DNA of 64,000 nucleotides. Origin: Macrostomum hystrix. Taxonomy: Eukaryota; Animalia; Platyhelminthes. The notes below the pieces were generated by a model, which saw only the letters and a program-made list of their open reading frames with translations, did no database searches and was not told where the DNA came from. Numbering within the stretch: the stretch's first letter is position 1; each line of letters starts with the position of its first letter. Both the position numbers and the translations under genes were made by a program. Location of the stretch: positions 20,026,001 through 20,090,000 of the forward strand of contig CATNEN010000039.1 in the NCBI GenBank assembly GCA_950097015.1, read 5' to 3'. This document shows positions 1 to 12,500 of this stretch, one piece after another.

Positions 1-1161
1 GCGGATCGACAACACAATCAACATAGATTATCTAAAACCTGAAAACATTGCTACAGCCAGAATATGCATTGCTACAGCCAGAATATGCGCATCCGCCTCT
101 ATAGGTTGACATTTTTCTTGAAATTAAAGTTTTTTGGAAGCATCAGACGAAAATTTTTAATGGGAAACGTGGCGAAACGACCTCATTGGGCAGGTTCTTT
201 AATCGCGCCGCACACAAGCAATCTTTATTGATTTTCGGCGCAGAAAGTGTCCATATTTGAACTGCCGAGGCCGAGGGTTTTATGACAGAGAGATATATAC
301 CTACAGAATGGATTCGGCAGCCCAATCAACATTAGATTATCTAAAATCTGAAAACACTGCGCATCCACTTCTATAGGTTGGCATTTTTCTTAAAATTCAA
401 GTTTTTTGCACGCATCAGATGGGCTACTCTTACACTGCTATATCCCGCACACCATATGCGATAATCTGTTTTTGCGCAGCCATGATGAAAGCATTGTGCT
501 ACGAGCGAATATGAATCAGAGGCCTGGGGAGCCTTTATGTCTAGGAACTAAGGACCATGGGACAGAAGTCTATAATTAAAAGAATAAATTTTAGAAATTG
601 TAAAGCCGTTATCCAGGGTAACCAAAACAACCAGTGTTGGGCATCGTTAACTTTTTTTAACGGATTAAACATCGATCCGTTAAAGTTAAAATTACAAAAA
701 AGTTAACGTTTTACAACATAAGCCGTTAATTTCAGAAAAAGTTAACGTTTCAGCGTTAAAAAAGCGTTAATTTGAAAGCGTTAAAAAATAAAATTAATAA
801 AGGGCACGAGAAACCAACACGGCAACACATGATTTCCAAAGTAATTTTCATGAGACACCATTTTCAAGTGGTGTTTCCAGAGTCAGCTGATGTATTAACA
901 GTGTGACCACTGACCCCCGGGTAAAATATCAAAAGTAGCGCAGCAGTGAATAAAAGCCAAACCACACTACCAGGCAGTGCAGGCACTAGTCACAATCACA
1001 ACCGCACTACCAGTCTACCACTATACTAAAGTATACACTGATAGAACGACTCTAATATTGTAGAGACTTTTAACCAGTATATTGCACACCTCATCTATCT
1101 CAACTTCTGTAACTTTATTCTTTCCGTAAGAGAAACCAACATCATGCGTAGAAGCGGTTTG

Positions 1162-2147
1162 TGTGTGTGTTGGTTCAGATCCCTCGCTAGGCATACGGGG
1201 GGCGCGCCAGCGCGCCCGACGCCTCGACGAAGGCCCGCACCCCTTCTGGGTCGTTCTGCAGTGGGGACATAGAGCCTTTGATAGCCTCTGGGATGTGAAG
1301 CCGGCGCTCCTCCGCCCACCTGGGGCAGTCTAACAGGAAATGCCGGGTGTCTTCTTAGCGGCTAGGTCGGCCTGGTTGTTAACACCGACAAGACGGAGGT
1401 CCTGACGGTGCCAGCTGAGCTGCCTGCCAATATCACCTGCCGCGGCGCAAACGGTCACGCGGCCCCTCTACCCCGCTGCACGCGTTTCACATACCTCGGC
1501 GGGCTGGTACCCAGCGTTCAGGAGGACCTGGCGCGACGCAGAGGCCTGGCTTGGGCGGCCTTCCGCTCAGTCCGGGTTGTTCTGCAGAGCGCCGCGCTGC
1601 CAGATTGCCTGAGGTCTCGGCTGTTTCAGGCGGTGGTCGAGACCGTCCTGACCTACAACGCCGAGACGTGGACGCTGACCGAGACGCTGGAGAAGCGGCT
1701 GGACGCGGCCCACTCCAGCCTGTTGCGCGCGGCCTTCGGCATCTCTTACTCCGAGGTTGTCTCGAACGCGGCCCTCTACCGATGAGCCGGCCTGCGACCA
1801 CCCAGCGAGACCATCCGGCGGCGGCGGCGGCTGCAGCTGGCGGGCCACGTGATCCGCGCGGAAGCCTACTGCCCTGAAGCGGTGCAGGACGTCCTGCTGC
1901 TCACGCTGCGGGGCCCCTGGCGCCGGGGGCAGGTCAGGACGCGCCGTTACGTGGACTGCCTGCTTGCTGATGCCGGTGTCATCGACCGGACCAACGCTGC
2001 GGCTGCCTTCAGGGAGCGAGCCATGAGGAGGGTGCTCTGACACTGCCGCCATGCTCTCACTTTTCCCCTTTCTTTCCCCATTTTTCTCTTTCGCCTCATG
2101 CTTCCCCTCTTTGCCTTTTTCTGTGGCAGTGTAAATGTATGTATGTA
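1162..2147 (+). mobile_element. RTE-like non-LTR retrotransposon remnant (GC-rich leader, RT C-terminal region, 3' tail)
   Basis: ORF ~1360-2040 reads GLVVNTDKTEVL...FTYLG...RLFQAVVETVLTYNAETWTLT...LQLAGHVIR, typical of the RT thumb/C-terminus of RTE-like LINEs. It has an in-frame stop at 1783-1785 and a (TGTA)n tail at ~2136-2147. The 5' boundary is uncertain. Confidence 0.8.
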
Positions 2148-4494
2148 AAGTAGGAAGAACCGTTTGAACCGGTTTGAAAATTATTACAAATCCTGGAGTT
2201 AAACAAATTATTTATTCAAAATATATCATTCGCAACACAAAACAGGCATCTAATTTTTTATCATGAACATAAATTCTTTACTAACGCATTTAAGCGGTTT
2301 TCTAAAATATATATTTGTTGTTTCGTTATTGTTCAAAAAATTAATTTTGCGCTCTCCGGGCACTGTGTATTTGTGCATTGTGTAAATAATAGCTATTATT
2401 TAATATCACTATTGTATGTAAACATAATCTGTATAAATTTTTGTTATTTTTGGTGAATAATCGAATGTAGATTGCTTTTTTCTGTCAGTATTTCTAATGG
2501 TGTGACTTGCCAACGGACAACATAGTCTATAATTTGCTTGAATGAAAAAATACCTTTTCTCAAAATATTACATTCCTATCTCACTTTATAGAAGCCAAAA
2601 TTTCTTTTCTTTCAGTAAGATTCATTTTATGAGGTACTAAATGGTTTTTACTTCTAGCAAAATCTATGTGGGCTAAGATTTTAGTTATTTTCAAAACTTT
2701 TTGTGAGCTAGATACTTGATGGAAAGCTTTACCTATGTATACTTATTAAAGACTAAATATAGCTAGTATTGCTTGCTGTTGTGGTAATTATAGTTTTGTT
2801 TTCAGCATATAAAGCGATACTAAAAGTCATATATTGAACTGTTATTCAATGTGACAGTAGACACACTTACGACACATGTTACTGTTTCATAAAGACATCA
2901 GTAAGTAAACAATTCTTAGGGCCTAATCAAGTTTTTAGCTTGTTATGGTTTTAAGGAAGCTAACTAGCTACATTTATTAAAGAATATAACTATTGGCTAT
3001 AGGCCTAGCTAAATGTTTATGTCATAGTTACATCAATGCTATCACTATAAACTTGTATAGGGCCTAACTTGATTATTTTCAATAGCTAAATTCCTTTTTA
3101 CAAATAAGTCTAAAGACTCACATGTATTATCTTATCAGTACTTGTTCTTCAATAAATTCATTTTTTACTAATACTGTAACATTTTAACTAGACTAGTGGT
3201 GATTAGATTAGCTATGCCTTTGCTACTATATAACAAACTATCTATAAAACTTTGGAATGGCATTAATATTATTTATAGTTTTTGCTTGCTGCATAATATA
3301 ACTAATGTTAAGCTTTAAAATATAAATGAATAGAGCTAATAACAAGACTTTTGCTTTAGCTTCTATAAAAGACTGTTTGTTGAATATACTTTATAATTTA
3401 TACTACTGTTTTTTATATTGGCCTCAATATGCTAATAGTAGGGGCTCCAGTCAGAAGTTAAAAATAAATAATTCCATATTTTTTGTTTTCTTGTGTTACA
3501 AATCTTGCTTGTCTGAGTTAAAATACACCTCACTCATCAAAATTGGTCAAGTAAAAAAGTTATAACAATTTTTATCAACATTTTGCTCAAAAGATTGCCA
3601 CACTAAGCTAACAATAGCTTTGGCTGGTGCAGCTGTATTTTAAAATATGAAATCAGGGTGCTGCACTAAGCCATGTAGACAAATTACACACCATGCCAAA
3701 TAAAACTTTCAAAAAATGTGCCAAACATGAATCCTTAAAATGTAGACTTTATTTCTATAGGGCTAAAGACTAGTAAATACATTTGCTTATTTTAAAAAAC
3801 ATTTTATAAGCTATTAATATTGATAAACTTTTTAAACTTCATCTATATATATAAAAGTGAAAACTCTGTCTGTCTGTCTGTGTGTGTGTGTGTGTGTGTG
3901 TGTGCAACCTTTTGTCTTTATAGACGCCGAAACCGCTCAACCAAATCGCACCAAACTTTGCAGATACCTAAAACCACCTACGCTGAGTGCAATAGGCTAC
4001 TCAAATTCCCGAAAAATCATTTCCTTCCTGCTCAAAAGTGCAAAAAACTGCTCAAAAATCGTCAAAAAATCACTCAATTCGACATATCGTCGCTCCACTT
4101 TGTCAGATTTTCTCCAAATTTGATCCACTTACACTTTACATGTTTTCCAACAATGCTGTCAATTTTGAACATCTCTACTCAATCCAGAGCAAAGCTGCAT
4201 CATCTCAAAGTGAGTCACTTTTTGTTTTCCGAGGACAGCCACCCCAACTCCCCTCCGCCACTCTGCGGGCCAAATTTTATTACAGCCACCCCCTCCCTTC
4301 CCCGGGCGCCGAAGCCCCAGACTGTACATTGTATTTCAAGCCGTGAATGTACACAGCACAAACCCCTAGACTGTCTACTGGCCCCCAAGCAGCACTGAGA
4401 CTGAGTGCGGTGAGTGCGGTGGCGTCCCAGTGCGCAGGGCTCTCCGGTCGATATTTCTCTCCAGCCAGCCTGGGATAGAAGAAAGACAGAGGCT

Positions 4495-5453
4495 GGCGAT
4501 CAACTGATGGGTGGTGTCACTCTGCTGCTGTCTGGAGACTTTAGACAGACGCTGCCTGTAATTCCGCGTGGCACTCCTGCTGATGAGATTAATGCTTGCC
4601 TAAAATCATCTCACCTGTGGACATCGGTTGTGAAGTTGCACCTACGAACAAACATGAGAGCTACAATTCAAGGAGACGAAACAGCTCATGAAACATTCTC
4701 TGCCAATCTGCTGGTCTGCTGGAGATTAGCACCGAGGATGGGCAGTCATCGATCGCTACAATCGGAACCATTGTGCAGTCAGTGCAGGAGCTCAAGGCAA
4801 AAGTTTACCCGAACCTGATGGTTCGATATGCTGACGTTGACTGGCTGTCAGAGAGGGCAATTCTGTGTCCTAGAAATGATGCCGCCAACGAAATTAACTA
4901 CCAACTGCTTCAGGGGTTGCCAGGTGCAGTTTTCACCTACAAGTCAATTGATACAACGTTGACTGATGACACCGCTGTGGAGTATCCTGTTGAGTTTCTG
5001 AACTCTCTAGATTCTCCTGGAACTCCATCGCACAACTTGCAGCTGAAAGTTGGGGCACCAATTATGCTCCTCCGCAACCTGAATGCGCCAAGGCTGTGTA
5101 ACGGCACCAGACTGATAGTCAGGCGGCTCTTCCCACACGTGATTGAGGCCACGATAATGACTGGATCTGGCAGAGGAGAGTCTGTGTTCGTTCCCCGGAT
5201 TCCAATTATCCCCACGGACCTGCCATTTCAGTTCAAGCGACTGCAGTTCCCTGTGAGAGTGTGCTTTGCGATGACTATTAACAAGGCTCAGGGACAGTCG
5301 CTGAAGGTGGCTGGCATCAACCTGGAGACTCCTTGCTTCTCGCATGGGCAGCTTTATGTCGCCTGCTCCCGTGTTGGAACTCCAGCTGGCCTATTCATTT
5401 TCGACCCAAGGGGAAGAACGAAGAATGTGGTGTATCCCCAGGCCTTGAGGTGA
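4495..5453 (+). pseudogene. Helitron RepHel PIF1-family helicase C-terminal fragment (frameshifted)
   Basis: Motifs GDFRQTLPV, LRTNMR, ILCPRN, LKVGAPIMLLRNL, LCNGTRL, QFPVRVCFAMTINKAQGQS and HGQLYVACSRV are split across two frames. The Rep domain and Walker A are absent. Confidence 0.9.
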
Positions 5454-5605
5454 CTCGCAAGCAATTAATAGAAAAGTAGTCACGAATTGACCTTGACCTG
5501 TCTAACTCTAAACTCTGAAACAGTTTAATTTTGTTTCTTTGACATTGTTATTGTTATGCCATGGCTATTTTCCTTATGTATACGCGTGTACATGCATACT
5601 GTATA

Positions 5606-5881
5606 CAGAGGCAGATTTGGGGGGGGGGGGCGGGGGGGCAGTCGCCCCCCTAAATTTTAATCATGGGAATAAGATGTCCCCACCAGGGGCGCCAGTCGCA
5701 GCACTGGCGCCCCTTTTCGGCCGCTGGCGCCCCTTTTTCAGCCGCTGGCTCCCGTTTTTCAGCCGCTGGCGCCCTTTCTTGGCTCCTGGCGCCCTTTTTC
5801 GGCCGCTGGCACCCCCTCTGTGATTCTCATGGCGCTCCCCTGACAGACCGCCCCAAAACAAAATTCCTGGATCTGCCACTG
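5606..5881. mobile_element. hAT-type MITE nested in the Helitron
   Basis: Imperfect TIRs CAGAGGCAGAT / ATCTGCCACTG. Perfect 8-bp TSD ACTGTATA at 5598-5605 and 5882-5889. Internal GCCGCTGGCGCCC repeats. Confidence 0.9.
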
Positions 5882-6534
5882 ACTGTATAGAGGAGTGGCT
5901 AAGAGACATGTTTCTAAAGAAGTAATCAAGAGGGGGCTGTTTGGACAAACTTTTCACTTATTTTTTACTTAAAACGCCCTTAAACAAACTCTTCACTTTT
6001 CATTAATGCAGTAAATAAATAAATGGTGACCTTCACTATAAAGTTAATACAGAGACGTGAATTGCTTACTGCTTTGCTTTAAATTTCTGCCCCAAAAACA
6101 ACGGGCAAAAAAAGCTAGTAATACATAAACTTGTATGTGTACATATATTCAGCAATTCAATTAGAGCTTTTTATAGCCCATAAAACTCATGTAGAAGTAA
6201 AGGTTTGGTTTCTAGACCTTTAGCTAGCTATCATATTGAAATTTTAGGCAATTGAGCTTAGGCATTTGTCTAACTTGGCATTAGACAATTGCTAAATTAT
6301 GGTCATGGCTTATTGTAATATTTTATTATCATCTGCAACTTTTTAACTCTATTAAAATGCTATTTAGCCCTGTCCCCTGCTATTAGCTGGCTACAACTGG
6401 AAAGGAAGATGATTATTTACTGTTAAATTCATTAATTTTTGGTTTATGTATAAACACTTTCCTATTTCTAGGACCCTTTTTGATGTTTTATAAACATTTG
6501 AGCCACTAAAATTGCTTGTTAAATTATCTAAGCC

Positions 6535-9500
6535 ATGTTATTCCAGAGTATGATTATTGACAATGTTAAAGTTCTGGTTAACTATGACAAGACATGCATC
6601 TGCAAGCTAAATTCTAGCCAGCACATTTCTAATGGCTTTGTTAAAAATGGGGTAAGTATGCAGTTATTATTTAATGTATAATTATGTGCTCTGATATAAA
6701 TTTTCTTAGCAGAAGTATCTAAAAATTGTCTTCTCATTGCAGATAGTTTATGCATCTACAGACCAAAATGGGCAAGTCTATCTGGCCTGCTCCATTGTTT
6801 TGACCAACACAAGTTCACTATTATCATCAATTAGCATACCGAATTTTTTGTTAAATAAACTACAATTTAAAGCTGACGATTTTGTAAGCAGAAAGTCTTT
6901 GCTTTGTTATAAAATTTAATAATACAAGAAAAATATTATAGTACATTGATCTCTTTGGTTTGGTTTTAGATCACATTGTCCATCCTAGATCCAAGCACGA
7001 TTCCACTGCTCTCCTCAGTGTCATTAGATGTGTCATCATTTGGTTTGGACTTACTGGTATGTGGATATATAGATATTGACCATGTGTTTAAGTCTATTAC
7101 AAATGTTTTAAGTAAATTCTCTTTGTTATCTGCAATTGCAGCGCAACAATGAGACCCAGCTTGAGCAGAGCTTTCTATTGCAGTGCTCATTCGTCTACTT
7201 GAACATGCCGCTGCCAGTTTGGTGCGGCAATCAATTAGTATATTGCGTCGTTGATAATTTTCATCCAATCAGCATTGAGAGTCGTTGCGGCAGATTAGAT
7301 ATCAATACTACTCTGCATTTGAACTGCAGACAGCATGGCCGGGCTAGTCCTGGCAAGGCTGTGGCATTTAACAAAGGATTAGCACCAGACTCTACAGCGA
7401 CAAGTTCCCATCGTAACTGTGACACTGCGGCGTTAGTTTCAACTAGACTTGATGACAGTGACGTGATTGGCGGTGCAGTTAACTGGCTGCCTAGATTTAT
7501 TTTGCCCCTAGTTGATTTCATCTGCCGCTGGTTGCTGGGCTACGGTATCGGATTAGCCCAGCTGTTGCGTTTGCGAGCCGGTTGTAGGCGCTGTTTGAAA
7601 CGTGTCACAATTGGGCCAGTATTATTGTCGCCACTCGGTACCAGAGTTGGATTTCAACGACCTCTATTACTGCAGGCGAGTTTTACTTGAGACAAAGACG
7701 CACTTAACGTGCAATACTGTTTAGCGTATATTATTTTACTAAATTGATTATTCTACTGTTAAACACTAAACATCATGAATAAATATGCCTCGAAAAAAAA
7801 CAATACAGGTTCGACCAATTTCTGAGGCTGAGACACTATTGGTATTGGCAGAGCCAAACAGCTGTTTAGTAAATCCACGCCATCTACCATTGTCAAGCCA
7901 AGACAGTTCCGAACCTCGCTGGTGTCTAGTCCAAGTCCAATCATTGGGTTTGCGAGATCTAGCCGATTCTTCAGATAACAATGCCAAATCAAATGAGGGT
8001 CCACTGCTTCTTAAACTACTGCCTAGCGACTCGGTGCCTATCGATTGCCTAACAATTGCGCCGTCTACCGCCGCAGCTATTGGTCTAGCCAGCGGCGCGT
8101 GGGTTCACTTGTCTCGTCCGCTACTTTCAACTGAGAATAATTCAACCGAGGCGGCAATTTTCAACGGTTGTATTCGACTTAAAGGGTTGCGACTGATCGG
8201 CTCCTCTAGCAGCTTGAATGTTAGTTAGCTCTCATTTTTTCGATAATTGGTGTGTTTACATTTTACGTCCCTAAAGATTATCCAGTTTTTTTTCGCAGGC
8301 TACAAAACAAGAATTGGAGAGATTTATTAAAACGCGCACAGTCGACAATCCTGCCCTGGTTTTGCACAATCGAAAGTTAGCTTTTGTTGGTGAGTCATCG
8401 TTAAATAAGAAATTGCTTGCAAATACACGTTTTTACATCTTGAATTTCATAATGATACCATCGTAAATAATACTACTTACAGCCTCGGACGGTACACGTC
8501 ACGCCTGCTTCACTGAGTTGCTTTTCAACTCAAACGGACGCTCTCAGTCGTTAAAAGAATCTAATCAACAGCAGCAACCGTTGCCATGCGCTCTGCTCTG
8601 TCGCGAGTTGAGTCCAAAGTTAAGCATTACTCTCATTAGTGAGTCGTCAGTGAATTCCTTGGATACCAAAAATGAGGATCTTCAAATGCCGGACTGGCTA
8701 AGTGATGTTCTGGATCCTCTAATTACGAGTTTAATGCGTCAATTTCTTAGCGCTATTGTCCAAGGTTCCAATATTCGGCTAAATTATCTTGCACTGCTCA
8801 GAGACGATAATAGCTCTGGTGCTTCCGGTAAATCTGCTCTACTGCGTAGTTTCGCTATTAGATTGCGTGACAACGGTTTCTACGCCGGCGATCCCGTCGA
8901 TTGTCGACGCTTGACCCGGCTAGAATTCGACTCGGCGCGAAAGCGACTGTGGCGAATGGGCCGTCTGGCTGCGGCTAGAGCGCCGGCCTGCCTACTGCTA
9001 GATAATCTTGACGCTGTCTGTGCGCCTATCGAAGACAACATTATTGGCACCGGGGTCGAGGTTGGTGACTAGTCGTGCACTCTTGATTTTGCTCTTTGTG
9101 TATGGGGCGAATATTTCCTAGTAGTAGCGTCCGGTGTGGAAATTCTCCCTGACTATAAAATAAAGATTTCCGCTGACAATACATTGTGTCAACGAATTCG
9201 TTTAGCAAACAAATGGATATGTCCATAACCTATAAAGTAAAAAATTCCATAAACTATAAAGTAGAGATTTCCACAAACTATAAAGTAGAAATTTATAAAC
9301 TATAAAGTGGAAATTTCCATAAACTATAAAGTGGAAATTTCCATAACCTATAACGTGGAAAATTCCATAAACTATAAAATGGAAATTTCCATAAATTATA
9401 AAGTGGAAATTTCCATAAACTACAAGTGGAAATTTCCATAAACTATAAAGTGGAAATTTCCATAAACTATAAAGTGGAAATTTCCATAAACTTGAAGATC

Positions 9501-12500
9501 TGAAAACTTGAAGAATGTGGAAGACTTGAAAATAAAATGAAGATCACGAATTCATGAATTAAGCTAAAATTCTAAACTTCGTTTAAGCAACATGTTTTGC
9601 AAAATCTATTTAAAAAACAGCATCGCATCTGCTTCCAAACAAGTTATAAACATTGAAATCTGAAAAGTAATGTAAAAAGTTCCTATCTTGCTAGTTAGTT
9701 ATTTTCTTGACAATTTGCCTTAAATTAATTTTCTAAAAAAAAAACAAAATGTCCCATCCTTTTTTGTGGTCATTGAAAGCTATATATGAGTCATATAGCA
9801 TCGAAAAACGGTATAGACTTAGTTCCTTTCTGCATTCGCACCAAAAATATTAATAGTCGACGCGGTAGCTGTATTGTATAAATTTGTAATATCCTAGAGG
9901 TTGTAGCCTAGTGGTTAGAGCGTCGCAATCACGACTCGAAGGTCGGGGGTTCGATTCCCGACTCCACTGGAATGATTTGTGTATTTTAGCAAGACACTTA
10001 ACTCTGCATTGCTTCAGTTCACCCAGCTGTTAAATGGGTACCAGCATCAGCTGGGATAATTGAAGGTGGTTGTGGCGTCCCCCCCAGGCCCAGTCCATGG
10101 ACTGAACAGCCGTACGCAGCCCTTCAGATGCGCTAACGGTCTAACGGTCTACCAGACTAAGGGTTGGTCACAGTCAGTCAGTCTGCTCTAAGTGAAATAT
10201 ACTGTGCACAGTGCACACATACGCCATATAGCTTTGTGTTCAACTGCATATGCGCCACTCTTATCTACTTCTTTTGCTCATAGTCAAGCCCTACGCTCGC
10301 AGGTTTCTATTCTAGAGGTCAGGAAATAAGGTTCGTAATACACTGAAGATATGTTAATTCTTTGCCTCTGTGCTAAGCACCGACTCTTCTGTGTCTCTCT
10401 AATTCTGTTCTGTTCTAGTTTAGTTTCTATTGCTGTTGGAACCTAGCTACACTAGGTTAGTTGCGTTTGCTCTGGTAAATTAATAACTTGTCAGTAGCTA
10501 TGCAGCTTTTTTTAAAGCTTTTAACCGGGCGCAAAAGTACAATTCGTAGTTATATATTGTATACTTTCCTGGGTGTAATGCATGACACATCATTAGTCCT
10601 GTACTAGGTGTAATGACCAATCATTAGTCCTGCACTGGGTGTAATGACCAATCATTAGTCCTGTACTGGTTGTAATGACCAATCATAAGTCCTGTACTGG
10701 TTGTAATGACCAATCATTAGTCCTGCACTGGGTGTAATGACCAATCATTAGTCCTGCACTAGGTGTAATGACCAATCATAAGTCCTGCACTGGGTGTAAT
10801 GACCAATATTAGTCCTGTACTGGTTGTAATGACCAATCATAAGTCCTGTACTGGTTGTAATGACCAATCATTAGTCCTGCACTGGGTGTAATGACCAATC
10901 ATTAGTCCTGCACTGGGTGTAATGACCAATCATAAGTCCTGCACTGGGTGTAATGACCAATATTAGTCCTGTACTGGTTGTAATGACCAATCATTAGTCC
11001 TGCACTGGGTGTAATGACCAATCATTAGTCCTGCACTGGGTGTAATGACCCATCATTGGTCAGCAATCTATGTGTTATCGCGTAACAAAACAGTAAGTAA
11101 CAGTAACAGTTTGTAACAAAACACAAATATCTCACTGCAATTCTGTCCAGGTTCACCAGCTGCGCCTCTGCCACTTAGTACGAAGCCTATTGAAATGGAT
11201 ACGTCACCAACCAGGTGTCATGCTATTAGCCACATCGACTGGTCAATTGAATGCTCAACTAATTGACTCAGCTACCGGGCAGTGCTTATTTGATTCTGAC
11301 ACTAGATTAGATATTCGTTTAAATCCAACCGATGCTATGCGCCAATTGTTGTCAAAATCTGGCGACGGTTTAGACTTCTCTAACAGGTGTTTAACAATTG
11401 GCGAATATTCTCGCTGCAGTCACATTCTGGCCTATTGCCAGCCGGAATTAGCTGAAAAACTCAATTTGGATGTCACTCTAGGCGCTGTTCGACAGGTTAA
11501 GGATGAATGCGATCCGGCTAGGGCTAGACTGGCGCTGGAGTATGATCAGGTATGTTTGAGCCGCTGCAAGCGCAGAAATTCAGAAATCAATGTTAATCCT
11601 GAGTGGGGAATCGATTCCAAATCCCTAACTGTTCAATTCTAAATCCCCAACAGTTTGATTGCAAATCCCTAGCTGTTCGATTCCAAATCCCTAACTGTTC
11701 GCTTCTAAATCCCCAACTGTTCGATTCCAAATCCCTAACTGTTCGTCTCCAAATCCCTAACTGTTAGATTCCAAATCCCTAACTTTTCGTCTCCAAATCC
11801 CTAACTGTTCTATTCCAAATCCCTAACTGTTCGATTCCAAATCCCTAACTGTTCGACTCCAAATCCCTAACTGTTCGATTCCAAATCCCTAACTGTTCGC
11901 TTTCAAATTCTGTTCGATTCCAAATCCCTAACTGTTCGATTCTAAATCCCTAACTGTTCGACTCCAAATCCCTAACTCTTTGATTCGATATCCCAAGCTT
12001 TTGATTTCGAATCACAAAACTGCATTTAAACCGCAATTGACAATTTTAATCCCAAAACCCTTTTCGATTTCCAATCCTAAAAACTTCGCCTTACGCAGAT
12101 CTGCGGCCTAGACTCAGCTAAGACAGTTCTAGAGCGCGCCATCATTTGGCCACTTCGTTTTCCTCGCCTTGTTCAACGCGTTCGCGGAGTCGCCGCCTCT
12201 GCCGCAGACGCCTCCGTTCAAGTTGCCACAGCCGGCGTGTTGCTAACCGGGCCATCCGGATGCGGCAAATCCCTCCTGGCTATGGCTCTGGCTCGCAGAC
12301 TCCGCCTTCGCCTGCTGGCTGTGCGCGGACCAGAACTGCTTAGTAAATTTGTGGGCGCCAGCGAACGAGCCGTTCGAGACTTGTTTGCCAAGGCAAGACG
12401 ACTGCGACCGTGTCTCGTGTTTCTAGATGAGGTTTGCTGGCGAAATGTTATTCTTAATTATTAATTACACGGTCATTTGGTTACGAATAACCCACTAGCC

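Larger units (their letters stand above)
3842..6118 (+). mobile_element. Internally deleted Helitron carrying a PIF1-like helicase fragment
   Basis: 5' end is A|TCTATATATATAAAA followed by a (CTGT)n(GT)n microsatellite. 3' end has hairpin TGCCC..GGGCA (6088-6107), then CTAG|T at 6115-6119. It is inserted between A and T with no TSD. Confidence 0.9.

Noticed and set aside
19-420. Diverged direct repeat (19-148 versus 327-420)
   Set aside because: Cut by the window edge and cannot be classified.
632-790. CAGTGTTGGG followed by TAACG/CGTTA repeats, like a DNA transposon end
   Set aside because: No matching second TIR or TSD found in the window.
9899-9970. Possible tRNA gene (also 43222 and 15752-15822)
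   Set aside because: The A/B boxes continue into a shared SINE body and tail, and I see no convincing acceptor stem.
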